Source: Parvularia atlantis (taxonomy: Eukaryota). From it: 52,268 nucleotides of DNA. Both the position numbers and the translations under genes were made by a program. The stretch is taken from positions 1-52,268 of the forward strand of contig CALSCO010001213.1 in the NCBI GenBank assembly GCA_943704415.1. The letters run 5' to 3'. Below are positions 22,946-35,800 of this stretch, one piece after another. Position 1 is the first letter of the stretch. Every line of letters starts with the position of its first letter. The notes beneath the pieces were generated by a model. That model was given only the letters and a program-made list of their open reading frames with translations. It was not told where the DNA came from and searched no databases.

Positions 22946-24691
22946 TCACACAACAGCCGCTCTCTGCGGCTGCGCGACGAGCTTGGCGTTGTCGATGACC
23001 TGCGCGCGGGCGTGAGCACGAGCGGCGGCAACAGCGGCGGCGGCGCGCACCTGCAAAACGCCCTCCACCGAGGCGCGCCACTCGGCGAGCCGCTTCGACA
23101 GCTCCGCCCACTGCGAAGGGTCAAACGAGCGCAGGCTGGCGGAGCTGCACACACGCGCGCGGCGATGAGCAGCCGATACACCGAGCGCGCCAGTGCGCGC
23201 GCACGCACTTGACCGCCAGCGCCTGCTTGAGCTGGTCCATGCGCGCGTCAATCAGCTCGGCGCGCATCGCTGTATGGCGCGGTCTCAGCACAGCGAATAT
23301 GCACGAACGCGCGCCCGCGCACCCTCGATCACGTAGTGCTCGACGCGTTCGGGCGCGCACGCGAGTGCCTTGGCGATGTCGGCGTAGGCGATCTGCCCGC
23401 CGACGTTCTTGGCGCAGAGCGACCCGAGCGCGGCCAGGCGCATCTTCTCTTTGGTCGTGTCGTAGTCGAGGCCTGCAGCGGCCGCCAGGTCAGCCACGCA
23501 CGCCGCAAGACCGGGCACCGCACCGCCCGCTGTCAGTGCTGCAGCGTGCGCCGTAAAGGCCGTCTCGAATGCGGCCATGTCGCCCTTGATCAGCGCCTGC
23601 ATCACCTGATACTCGCCGCTGCCTGTGAGGCCCTTGACGACTGCCGCCCGCCCCGCGCATGAGCAGCCCCCCCGCGGCCCGCACAACGCGCGCGCGCGCG
23701 CGCGCATGCTCACCCTTGAGCGACGTGAGCGCGTCGTAGTTGAACAGGTTCTTGGCCGTGATCGACTCAGCGATCGCTGTCCTGCCGTCCTGTACGGCCT
23801 GCTGCGAGGCGGCATCGGCGTCGGTGTAGGTCGCGAGCAGCTTGAGCAGGCACAGCGAGGCCGCGGCGCTGCGACCCGCGCGGCCGTCAGCATGATCTCT
23901 CTCTTCGTCCTCGCCGTGCACGAGACGGGAAACGCACTGCAGCCCCTGCTTGAGCAGCTGATCGTGCAGCAGCCGGTACAGCTCGCGCTTCTCCTGCTCG
24001 GTCGCGCCCCACTGCTTGGTCCACTCGTCCAGGTGGCGCAGCTGCGGCGCGAGCAGATTCTTGGCGCCGCGAGCGATCAGCACGCGCACCGCGGGCCGCC
24101 CGCGCAAATCACGCACGAGGCGGTGCGTGCGCGCGGCCAGGTTGACGAGCGCCGTGAAGACGACGAGGCGCAGGCCGCTGGTGGCGTCGAGCGTGTTGTA
24201 GACGTTCATGAGGCTGCGCCGAGGGTCAGCGCGGTCTGGTCGCGGAAGGCGCGCGCACATCTTGAGCAGGACGAGCGGCTTGGGGTTCTCGGTCGGGTGG
24301 GTCTCGGCCTGGCTGAGCACGCGCACAAACTCGGCGACGAGGCGCGGCAGGTCCTGCACCAGCTCGGGCGCGCGGAGGATCGAGAGCACCAGGTTGCATT
24401 GGCCCTCGAGGTCGCGGTCGGCCGTCTTGGGCAGCAGCAGCTGCGGCAGGCGCTCGAGCAGCAGCCGCACGGCACCGGCCACGTCGCGCGCCTCGACCAG
24501 CTCGCGCGTCTTCTTCACGTGCGCGCTGCTCTCGGCGCTCTCGCCGCCCAGCTGCGCCACGAACGCGGCGTGGTCGAGAATCTGCGCCGTGCGCGCCGTG
24601 CTCAGTCCACCACCGTGCACCACCGCCGCAACGACACCACCTGCTGGCCCAGCGCCAGGTCGACAAACATGCGCTTGGCCGCGGCCTGCAT
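22946..24691 (-). CDS. EIF3M: Translation initiation factor 3 subunit M (PCI domain)
   Basis: DLEGQCNLVLS, LMNVYN, KEKMRLAALGSL, IAYADIAKAL, VEHYVIE/AMRAELIDARMDQ, RSFDPSQWAELSKRLAEW. Confidence 0.92.
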
Positions 24692-24745
24692 CGCCAAGAC
24701 GAGAAGCCAGACGCAGACGAAAAGAGACGGGAAGCGTGGCGCGGC

Positions 24746-24775
24746 GCTGATTGGCTGTGCGCGCGTGACGTCACG
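24746..24775. promoter_or_regulatory. CCAAT box plus perfect CRE palindrome in the EIF3M/Rab divergent promoter
   Basis: ctgattgg at ~24747-24754 and cgTGACGTCAcg at 24764-24775; a second ctgattgg at ~24944-24951. Confidence 0.55.
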
Positions 24776-24966
24776 GCCAGTCAACGCCGGCCTTCGTGCT
24801 TGCGCGAGCGGCGCGGCCGGGCGACGACGAGCGGGCGACGACGGGCGGGCGACGGGTTTGCTGCACGAGGCTTTGCTCGCTGCCCGGCGAGCATTAGACG
24901 GCAGTGGCTCAGCACGCTGCGCACAGCTGCAGAGAGTTTTCGCCTGATTGGGACCGCACATCGGTC

Positions 24967-26009
24967 ATGGCATCCGCATCGTGCGTCCGCATCGGCCCCC
25001 TCAGACGCCGCGCCCGCCGCGTCCGCCGCATCCGCCGCATCCGGCGCCTGACGCGCGCCCTGCACGCGCAGCGGCTCGACTGCAGCCCGCCCGGACCTCA
25101 AGCTCGTGCTGCTCGGCGCGGCCAACGCCGGCAAGACGTCCATCCTCAACCGCCTCGTGCGCGACGAGTTCCTCGGCAACACCGTCGCCGTCCGCGCGCG
25201 CTGCTGCCGTGCCGCGCTCCCACCTCACGCACGCCGCGCAGAACGTTAGCGTCGCTTTCACGCTCTACGCATGGCGCGACTTCCGCCTGGGCGTGTGGGA
25301 CACGGCGGGGCAGGTGTCGCCGCTGCTGCTGCTTCTGAGGGCGCCCGCCCGCTAACGCCGAGCGCCGAGCGGACAGGAACGGCTCGCCGAGCTCTCGGCC
25401 ATGTACTGTCGCAGTGCAGGCGCGGCCCTGCTCGTGTACGATGTGACCGACCGCATGTCGTTCGAACGGCTGGACCGGTGCGGCCCGCCGCGCTGCCCCG
25501 GCGACGCGATCGCTGACATGAGCGCGCGCGCGTGAGCAGTTTCCTCGAGCTGCTGCGGAAGGGCGCTGAGGCGAGCTGTGCCATCGTCGTCGCTGCCAAT
25601 AAGGCCGACCTCGTGCTCAGCAGCCCCGAGCGGCGCGCCGTGACGGCCGAGGAGGGCATGACCTACGCGACCAAGGTCGGCGCGATAGCGTACCTTGAGA
25701 CGAGGTCTGCCGCCCTCACCGCGCCCGCTGCGCACCTCACAAGCTCACACTCGCGCAACCGGCAGCGCGCTTACGGGCGCCAACGTCGCCGAGCTCGTCG
25801 AGCGCATCGGGTTGCACGTGTTCCGCGACGAGCTCGCGCGCCGCGCCAGTCTCCCGTCCTCGCCGGGCGCAAGCGGGGCACCGACAGTGGGCGGCGCAGA
25901 GGCTGCCAGGCGAGCGACCACGGCCTCCTCCGGCAGCAGCGGGTCTGTGCAGCTGCGCGCGTACGAGACAGCAGACACGACAAAGGCACCCGGCTCGACG
26001 TGCTGCTGA
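24967..26009 (+). CDS. Rab GTPase, Rab20-like
   Basis: PDLKLVLLGAANAGKTS...AFTLYAWRDFRLGVWDTAGQ/ERLAELSAMYCRSAGAALLVYDV...NKADL...ETSA...CC*. The PDxK, AFxLxxW and MYCR features resemble Rab20. Confidence 0.8.
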
Positions 26010-26021
26010 CCGTGTCTCTGC

Positions 26022-26022
<1 letters not shown>

Positions 26023-26056
<34 letters not shown>

Positions 26057-26091
26057 CGTGCGTGCGTGTGTGTGTGTGTGTGTGTGTGTGT
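26023..26091. repeat. (TG)n/(TGCG)n compound microsatellite between convergent stop codons
   Basis: Read directly from the sequence. Confidence 0.97.
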
Positions 26092-26119
26092 ACATCTTTG
26101 CGGTGCCAGCGGACTCATA

Positions 26120-29100
26120 CTACACAAAGGCGTCCTCGTCGCCCTCGTCCACGGCTGCGCCCGACAGGCCGCCGCCCTGGCCCTGCAGCTGGTACATGCG
26201 CGCGACCTGCCGGCTCGTCGTCGCGTCCTCGGGCGTCCTGTCCTCGCGCACGCCGACGAACCGCGGGAAGCGCAGCGACACGCCGCGCTCGCCACCGAGC
26301 ACGCCACGCGCGGCCTGGTGCACGGGCGAGAGCGTCATGTCGGCGCCGCGGATCTCCCACACCTGCAGTGGCTCGAGCCACAGCGCCGGGCGCAGATCTA
26401 AGTCGCTCGACCCTCAGCGCGTTGCACAGAATAGCAAGCAAACAAGCAAGCGAACGCGCACCGTCGTCCGCGGCGTAGTACATCTTGGGCACGGTCGACG
26501 AGCGGTTCTCGCTCGTGTAGAACGCGGTGATCTCGCGGTAGAACGTGTCCGAGAAGCCGCTCATGACCTTGCACAGCGCCTCCCAGCGCTCCGTCTCGGG
26601 GTCGTAGCACGCCATCAGGAACGGGCTGAGCCACCCGGCCTTTCGCCCGTTGCCCCACCACGCCGCGATCGGCACCAGGTCCAGCGTGTCGACGAGGCCT
26701 TGTGCGCGCAGTCAGGCACACAAACAGGGGCTGATGAAGCGCACCGTCGACGTAGTCCTTCTTGACCTTGAGCCAGCTGTCGGAGCGGTGCGCGGGCTCG
26801 TAGAACGCGCGGCGATCGGGCTCGGCAGCACGACCGGGCTGCTCACTACCGCCGCCGCCAGGCTCCTCGTCGTCGACCGCCACCACGAGCTCGCGCAGCA
26901 CGGGGTCGCCGCGGTCCACGCCCAGCAGCTTGACCATTAGTCCCTCGCAGCGCGCGTCGAGGGCGCTGCGCAGGTACGCGCGCATCACGTCCAGCGTGTG
27001 CTCGCTTGCCTTGAAGCACCGCTGGTCCGTGAACGCGTAGCGCCCCGGCACGGGCCGAGTCGCTCGCTGCAGTCGCGCGCGCCGTACGCCAAACGGCACG
27101 TCCAGCAGCGACTCGTCGTCCACGAGCATCAGGTCGAACGCGTAGAGGCACACGTGCACGGTCACGTCGGCCGCCTCGACCGACTTGCGCGCGCGCGTGC
27201 TGAGCGTCTGGAACGGGAGGATGCGGTGGCCGTCTGGTGTCTGCGCGACGCCGTCAGCGCATTCAGCACCCGCACAGCACGGCACCGCACCTCCTCGACC
27301 GCCACAATTTCTGCGTCCAGCACAACCGCGCTCACGCCCTCGCTCAGTATCGTCGGCAGCAGCTCAACCAGGTCCGGGTACTGCGGACATCGAGCGGTGA
27401 GCAGGGGCGCGGCCTGCGTGCAAAAAATGGCGCACCTTCTCGGTCATGTTGTCGAGGTGCCGCGAGAACAGGCGCACACGCACGCCGTCGTCCGGGTCGC
27501 GGTAGATGTGCACCTGGGCGCGCTGGCCGTCGTACTTGCAGTCGCACGCGATCATTGCGCCGTTGAAGCGCGCCACAACTTCCTCCAGCCCGCGCGTGAT
27601 CTTACCCAGCATCGGCACGAGCGGCGTGCCCGGCCGCACCGCCAACAGCTGCGCCGCGCACGCGTCCACGCCGCCGGCCAGCAGAGCGCGCACGAGCTGG
27701 CCGTAGTCGGGGCAGCGCGAGTAGCACGTCTTGAGCGTGCGCGCGGCCTGCTCCATCGCCGGTGTCACGGCCGTCAGCGCGTCGACCGTCGCCTTGGCAC
27801 TCGCGGCATGCTCGGGCCCGGGCCAGAGCGGCGCGGCAAAGGCGTGGGCGAGCGCGACGACCGACGTGACGCCGACCGCGCCCACGCGCAGGTTCGAGAC
27901 GGCCGTGCGCACTAGAAAGCGCGTCTCGTGCTCGCGGCAGAGCACGATCAGGTCCCGCAGCACCTTGCGCTTGGCTTGCGTCGACCCGGCGCCGCGCAGC
28001 CGCGCGAGCCCGCACAGCTGCTCGTACACGCCGCGCACGGTCAGGTGGTCCGTCTTGCTCCGCACAAAGTACGACGCCGATGATGCCGACGCATCAATCG
28101 TACGCATCGCCGCGCGCGCCTCCTGCGCAACGTCGCCAATGTCGCCGAAGCGCTTGTAGGCGGCGCTCAGTGCGGTGCGCGTCGTGCCGGTCGCGTCCAT
28201 GATCGCCTGCGACAGCACGCTCCCGCCGACGCTGAGCTCGAGGCTCTCGAACGGTGGGGCGAAGCGGTTCGAGCACAGGTAGACCGTCGCGAGCAGGTCG
28301 GCCGGGGCGCGCTGGGCCACGACGCGGAAGACGTAAGCAAGGATCGCGGTGATAAGCAGGCGCGAGCGCGTCTGCTGCAGCGCGTCGAACGCCCGCGCGA
28401 GCACGAGGTACGGCGCCGGCTCGTTGCTGTCCTCGGGCCACGCGTCGCGCAGGTCCGGGAACCCCGCAGGCAGAGGTGCCGGATACCTCCACGTTTGTGC
28501 GGGCTGAGCTGGCTGCGCGAGTGGTCCGGCAGGCGCTGCAGGCGGCGGTGCTCTCAAGTGCACCGCCCCAGACGGCAGCGGCGCTCTCGAGGGCGCGACA
28601 CCAGACGTCGATGCTCGCGAGGGTGCGCCACGCAGGAACGCATCGAGCGTGGCCTGCAGGCGCTTGCGCGGAGGGCTGCCGTCCACGCCGTCGGCCGCGC
28701 GCTTGCCGGGCGACGCAGGCAGGCCGCCGTCGAAGAACGCGTCCAGCGCGCGCTCGACGCTCATGTCCTGCGCAAACGAGTCAGGTCGGCGCCCGCATCG
28801 GTACACGCCTTCACGTACCGCACGCTGCAGCAGCAGCACGATCGCCGCGTCGTCCACACCCGCAGGCAACAGCCCTCGCAGCTGCACCACAGGGTCGTCG
28901 GCGCTGCTGGGCGCGGTCGGTGCCGCCGAGACCGAGCTGCTGCTGCCGCCGTTGTTCGCAGCCGCGGCCAGGCATCCGTCCAGGTGCGCGGCGACAGCGC
29001 CCTCGTCCGCAAAGGCAGCATCGCACACGGGGCACCGCGGCGATGCGGCAGACGCGGGCGCGGCCGGCCGGCTGGTGGTCGCTCGGCCAAAGAGCGTCCT

Positions 29101-30898
29101 GATACCAAACGCCTTGGACGCGGTGCGGTCGATCAGGTCGGCGAAGCGCGCCGCCAGCGCCTCGGGCCGCTGCCGCCCCACGACGGTCGGCACGACGCGC
29201 GCCGGCCGCAGGAAGCCGACAAATTCGCGCAGCTCCTCGAACGACGAGTGCTCTGCGCCGGTGCGGGTGAGCACGTGTGTGTCGCGTGGACGAGGGACGC
29301 ACCCGAGTACGGCACCATGTACACCACCAGGTTGCCCGCGCTTTCGCGGCTCGTGCCGACGGGGCCGACCGCGACCTCGAGCCCGCCACCGCCGCCGCCC
29401 GGCTCGACGGCCTCGGGCTCGGGGTCGCGCTCGGCGTCGGCAACCGTCTCGTCGGCGTCGTCGTCGGCGTCGTCCAGCTCCACTGCGCCCTCCTCGAACG
29501 ACGTAGCGGGGCCGTGGCGGTCAGCCGGGCCGGGCCACTGCCGACTCGCGATGACCCGGTACAGCGAGCGCACGTCGACGTCCGCGTCTTCGATTGCGCG
29601 TCGGTCAAGCTCGACCGTGGCCGCGAGGGCGTCGGTGCTGGCAAGACGCTTGCGCTTCTGCCGCACCGACTCGGTCCACGTCCACCCGGTCGGCACGAAC
29701 GCGACGACGTGCGTGAACGCCTCGCCCGTGCCCTGCACCGCGCGCAGGCGGTCGGCGATCGCGGTGAAGTCTGCACGCCGTGTGAGCGTGACGTTCACAC
29801 GACGAAGCTCGCACAGGCACACACCGGGGATGAAGCGCCAGCCGCCCGGGGCCATCGTCCCGAGCGTGTGCCAGTCGACGACGTGGATGGGCGACGCGGC
29901 CGGGTCCTGCGCGCGTCGTGTGTAGAGCGCGCGCGCGCGATATGTGGCGGCACGGCGCGCACACCCGCGTGAAGATCTCGTCGAAGCGCGGTAGCTCCAG
30001 GTCCGACAGCACGCCGTACTTGCGCTCGTTGACGACGACGAGCAGGCCCGTGGTCGCGGCCAGGTGCAGCAGGATGTTCTCCTTGCCGACGACGTACGTC
30101 GCGACAAGGAAGAGCGTGCGGGTGCGGGCGCGCGCGTCGAGCGCGAGCTGCTGCTGCACGAGCCGCCCGATCAGGCGCACGGCGTGCTCCTGCGCGGGCA
30201 GGGCGTAGCGCGGGTGGCAGTAGGTCGTGTCGAGGTAGAGGTCTGCGCGCGCCGTCGATCAGCGACATGGGCGCTGTCGCTCGTCCGTCCGCACCGTGCA
30301 CGCGCGCGGCGCCGTTGCGCAGTTCGGCGTAGGCCTGCATCGCGCGGGTGTAGCGGAAGTCGCCCGTGTGAAGGTGCGTCGTGCCGTCGGCGAAGCGCAG
30401 CAGGATCATCGCGGCGCCTGGCGCGGGGACGGCGTGTCAGCCGGTCCGGTGCGTCGGTCGTCGGTCGTTGCGTCGGCAGCGCGCGCACACCGGGGCAGTG
30501 GTTGGCCGGCAGCAGCGTGATCGTCGCGCCGTCGCAGCCCGGCAGCGCGGCCGGCGCGTGGAAGTCGAGCGGGCGCAGCCACTGCACGTCGACGCCGACG
30601 AGCCGCCGGACGATGCGCGCCGTGACGCGCGAGCACTGCGCGGGGCGCATCCCTCAGCCTTCTGCGCGCCGCGCGTCTCCACCGACGGCCGCACGTAGAT
30701 CGCCGCGCCGCGCCACGCCTCGCCCAGGCCCGTGTAGTGGTCGCTGTGCCCGTGGCTCAGCACAAACACGACCGCGTCGCCGCTACCGCCGCCGCTGCCG
30801 CTCGCGAAGGGCGCCGCGTGCGCCGAGCGGAAGCCGTCGACGACGATGGTCGCGGCGGCCGCGCCGGGCACGCGGATGGCGGTGCCGTTCCCGTCCAT
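26120..30898 (-). CDS. LIG6: DNA ligase 6-like: SNM1/Pso2 metallo-beta-lactamase/beta-CASP nuclease fused to an ATP-dependent DNA ligase
   Basis: SHGHSDHYTGL, ANHCPG, HTGDFRY, LYLDTTY and PYS/EHSSFEEL, continuing in one exon into ligase DBD motifs (PYLVLARAF, GDIGDVA, LRVGA), then PMLGK, KYDGQRAQVH, EGLMVK, WLKVKKDY, SLRFPRF. Confidence 0.9.
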
Positions 30899-30946
30899 CG
30901 CGTTCGAGCAATCTGCACCACACGACACACAGCCGCCCGCGGCTCT

Positions 30947-32608
30947 TCACAGACGCGGCTTCACGTCGTCCTCGCCCAGCAGGCGCGGCGAGACCTTGTC
31001 GGCGCCCTGCGAACGCGCGCGCGCAAAGTCGGCCGGGGTGATGCCGCGGCACTCGACCGCCGGGTTGTAGCCGTTGTGCTTGGTCGCGGGCGGCGTGGGC
31101 ACGTCCGGGAAGCCCTTGCGGTAGACCGTGACCACGACGGCGCCGCCAAGGCCCTGCGCGCGGCGTGAGCGGCGACGCGCGAAGATGGACGGCCGGCGGT
31201 GCGCACCACATTGTGCGCGAGCGCGTTCTTGACGTTGGGCACCTGGCGCTTGCCGCACCAGCCGCGCACCTGCGGACGTGCGCGCGCGCGTATGAGGGCG
31301 CAGGCGGCGCGAGCGAGCAGTGCTGAGCGGACCTGCCACGTGAGCTCGCAGCACTGCGCGAGGCCCGTCGCGCCGAGCGGGTGGCCCTTGGAGATGAGGC
31401 CGCCCGACGGGTTGACGACGTGCTTGCCGCCGTAGGTGTTGTCGCCGCGGTCGATGTACGCGCCCGCCTTGCCCTCGGGGCACAGACCTAGCGCCTCGTA
31501 CGTAATCAGCTCGTTGGCCGAGAAGCAGTCGTGCAGCTGTGCGCGCGCGGCTGCTGTGAGCACCGCAGCAGCAGCGGCGGCGGCGGCGGCCCGCGCAGAC
31601 ACACCTCAACGACCTGCACGTCGCTGGGCGTGAGCTTGGCGCGCGTGTAGACCTCCCGCGCGGCGCGGCGCGTCATGTCGGCGCCGGCGAGCTCGATCGG
31701 GCTGCGGTCAAAAGCGAGCGGCGAGTCTGTGGCCATGGCCTGCGTCGCACGCGGCGTCAGCAGGAGGCCGCACGCGCTCAGGCGGCTCGCACGCGCCTGC
31801 GCGGCGATCTCGACCGAGATCGCCTCGAGGCCGTGGCGGCGCACAAAGGCTTCCGAGGCGAGGATCGCGGCGGCGCCACCGTCCGACGTCGGGCAGCACT
31901 GGAGCAGCGTGAGGTAGTTCCAGATCTTGCGGCCGTTGAGGACCTGGTCAAGCGGGAACTCCTTCTGGAACTGGGCGTACGGGTTGAGGACCGAGTGCTT
32001 GTGGTTCTTGTGCGCAATCTTGGCAAAGTGCTCGGGCGTGGAGCCGTACTTTTGCATGTGCTCGACGCCGGCGTTGCCGAAGATCTGCGGGTTGCCGGGC
32101 AGCTGGCGGTCCCAGCCGCTCTGGGCCTCCATCGTGCGGAAGAGCGGCATGATCGGGCCCTCGCGGTCGGTCCAGACGGTCTTGGCGCCGAGCGGGCCGG
32201 CCTCCATGCGCTCAAAGCCGAGGGCGAGGCCGCAGTCGATCAGGCCGCCGGCGATGGCCTGGCGCACGAGGTACAGCGCGGTCGAGCCGGTGGAGCAGTT
32301 GTTGTTGACGTTGACGACGGGGATGCCGGTCATGCCGAGCTGGTACACGGCGCGCTGGCCGCACGTGCTGTCGCCGAAGCAGTAGCCGACGGCGGCCTGC
32401 TGCACTGCGTCGAACGTGAGGCCGGCGTCGAGCAGCGCCTTGGTCACGGCCTCCTTGGCCATGTCGGTGTAGTCGAAGTTCTCGCGCGACTGCGGCTTCT
32501 CGAACTTGGTCATGCCTGTGTGCACGCGCGCGTGGCGATCGTTGGTCGTGCGCCCGTGCGCATCGTGAGGGCGCGCGCCGCACCAACGCCGACCACAAAA
32601 ACGCGCAT
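30947..32608 (-). CDS. SCP2-type thiolase without an SCP2 domain; PTS1-like C-terminal PRL
   Basis: [85 protein letters not shown], ...KPRL*. Confidence 0.95.
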
Positions 32609-32851
32609 CGTGGACGAGAACACGGCAGCCTCAGCGGCGAGCGATGCGTCAGCCACACTGCATGCGGACGGGAGCGAGCGCGTGCACGGCAGATAAAGCT
32701 TAATGGTGAAGTCCACGGGCCGAACGTCTCGCACCGGGTGCGTCGCGGCCCAGCGGTTTGCACGCAAGGGGCGTGAAAAACACGCGGGCGCGTTCTCACA
32801 CGCCCGCTGCAAACACACTGAAATATGCATCTGGGAGAGGCGACGTTACGC

Positions 32852-35800
32852 TCACAAGTCAATGCTGTCCATGTCGTCGAGCGCGAGCGTGAACGGGTCG
32901 TCGACGTCGTCGCCGCCGTCCGCCGCACCCACACGCCGGTAGCCGCTCGCGCTGCGCGAGCTCGTCACGCGCCGCCACAGCGCGTCCAGCCAGTCCCAGT
33001 AGCGCCGCCGCGGCGTGGCGTCCGCCGTCGGCTTGCGGTAGCGCCGCAGCCAGAGCGACGAGAGCACGACTGAGACGGACGAGAGCGCCATCGCGGCGGC
33101 AGCGACGACGGGCGGCATCTGCCGAGCGCGTGCGTGTGTGAGAGAGACGCGGCGGCGAGGGCGCGCGCGTGTGAAGAGACGCACGACTATCCCAAACGGG
33201 ATCAGCACGCCCATCGCGACCGGGATCGTCACCGCGTTGTACACCGTCGCCCACACAAAGTTGATCTGCCCGCGCGCCGGCCTCCCGCGTTAGCAACTGC
33301 GCATACCGGTTGCACCCACACGCGCGCACCTGGATCCGCCGGAACGTCGCACGCGACAGGTCGATCGCCGTGACGACGTCAAGCAGGTTGCTCTGGATCA
33401 GCACAATGTCGGCTGCGCGGACCGTCAGACAGCGGCGTGTCGTCGCTCGCACGCACGCACGCACCGGCCTCGACTGCAATCTCCGTGCCCGTGCCCACCG
33501 CGACGCCCACGTCCGCCTGCGCCAGCGCGGGCGAGTCGTTGATGCCGTCGCCGACCATGCACACGACGTTGCCGCTGCTGCGCCGACGCTGCCGCGGGGG
33601 ATGTCGGGCCAAGTTTTTTTTTTGGCGCAAGCTGCCACCACAGGCGCACCTGCAGCCGCTTGATGCAGTTGACCTTGCCCACGGGTGTGACCTCGGCCAG
33701 CACGTTGGCCTCGGGGATGCGCACGCGCTGCCCGATCGCGGCAGCGGTCGTGCGCTGATCGCCCGTGACGAGAAAGACGTTGACGCCCATCTCGTTCAGC
33801 AAGCGTACGGCGGTCTCGGCCTCGGGCTTGATCTGTGCGCACGCACGCGCATGTGAGTCGCAGTTGCCGCGCCGCGCTCGCGCTGCACCTGGTCTGCGAG
33901 GGCCACCATCGCCACGGCAGCCTTGTCAAACGCGACCAGCACGACCGAGTTGCCCTCGTTCTCCAGCTCCTGCTTCACCAGTCTGTGCGCGCAGCTTGTC
34001 AGCGACACTCAGCACAGCACGCTGCACCCGGGCGCACGCACGTCTGCTCGGCCGTCAGCGCCTTGCACCCACGGTCCTGCAGGAAGCGCTGGTTGCCGAC
34101 GAGCACCTCGACGCTCTGCGTGCGGCGAGGCAGTCAGCAGCGAAGTTTTGGCCGTCACGCCAAAACGCACCCGCGGCGTCGCATCGCCGAGCGACGACAT
34201 CACCCCGCGCTGCACCACACTGCGCACGCCCGCGCCCACCACCGCCTCAAACTCGCTGTGCGCGTATTCAAACATCGCCTTCTTCGTGACCTGCGTTGGG
34301 CGCGTCAGGCCCCGCAGTGCAGTGCAGCGCAAGCGCGTGCACGCGACCTCCTCGGCCTTAGCCACGATCGCCGCAGCGAGCGGATGCTCGCTGCCCTTCT
34401 CGGCCGCGCCGAGGACGTGCCAGAACTGCACTCAACGGTCAGAACCACCTAGAGCGCGGGCGCAGCAACGCACCAGCGGCCCCGACTCGAGCGTCTTGGC
34501 CAGGAACACCGTGCGCGTGACGGCCGGCCTACCAACCGTGAGCGTGCCCGTCTTGTCAAAGACAAGGTCCGTGATCTTGTGCGCTGCGCCCGGGCGGTCC
34601 ACGCGTAAGGCTGCTGCACATCAGCGAGCGCTCCACGCACCCATCTCGAGCGGGCCGCCGCCCTTGATGAGGATGCCCAGCTTGGCGCCCACGCCAGTGC
34701 CGACCATGACTGCCTGTGCCGCGCACGTCAGGCACGCGCGGCACAGGGGTGACAGCAACGCCGCACCGTGGGGGTCGCGAGGCCGAGCGCGCACGGGCAC
34801 GAGACAACGACGACGGCGATGCTGAGCGTGCGGTGGTCACACGGGCGCCTTGAAGGCGGCGCACGGGCGCGCACGCACCACAGCTTGATGCACACAAACA
34901 CCGACGACAACTCGCGGTCAAAGACCGGCGGGCGGTAGCCCAGGACGACGATCAGGAACAGCCACACGGCAAAGGTCGACAGAGACAGGACGATGACCGC
35001 GGGCACAAACATGCCGGCGATGCGGTCGGCGTACGCCTGGATGGGCGCTGCGTCGCACACGGGCGGGTGAGGCGCTCGTCCGAGGCGCGCATGAGGCGCA
35101 CACACCCTTCGACCCCTGCGCCTCGTCCACCAGCCGCGTGATGTGCGACAGCGTCGTTTCCATGCCCACGCGCGTCACGCGCATGCGGAACAGGCCCGAC
35201 TGGTTGACCGTGCCGCCGATGACCGTGCTGCCGACCGTCTTGGGTACGGCCAGGTGCTCGCCCGTGATCATCGACTCGTCCACGTACGACGAGCCGTGCA
35301 CGATCGTGCCGTCCGTCGGCACCTTATCTCCGGGCCTCACCTGCACCAGGTCGTGCCGCTGCAGCATCTCGACCGGCAGGCGCGTCTCGCGCACGATGCG
35401 CCCGTCCTCGGCCACGTCGACCAGCAACGCTTCCGCAGGCTGCAGCGAGATGAGCTTGGTCAGCGCTGTGTGTAGCGCCGCTGCCGTCAGCAACGCGTCA
35501 CCACACGGCGCCGTCACGCACCCTCCGACGTCTTGCCCTTGGCCACGCTCTCGAGGAACTTGCCAATTGTCACAAACATGATCAGCTGCGTTGCCGGTCA
35601 GCACGCTTCCGTGTGCGGCCTCCGCAGTTGCGGGCGCACCACCGCCGACGTCTCAAACATGAGCGTGACCTCAAAGTCCGGGTCGGCGATGCCGTAGACG
35701 ATCGACGAGATGGAGAACAGGAACGCGGCCGTCGAGCCCTGGGGCGCCGCCGTATGAGCGGCGCGTGCCTTCGCCGCAAACGCGCGCGACACGCGCACCA

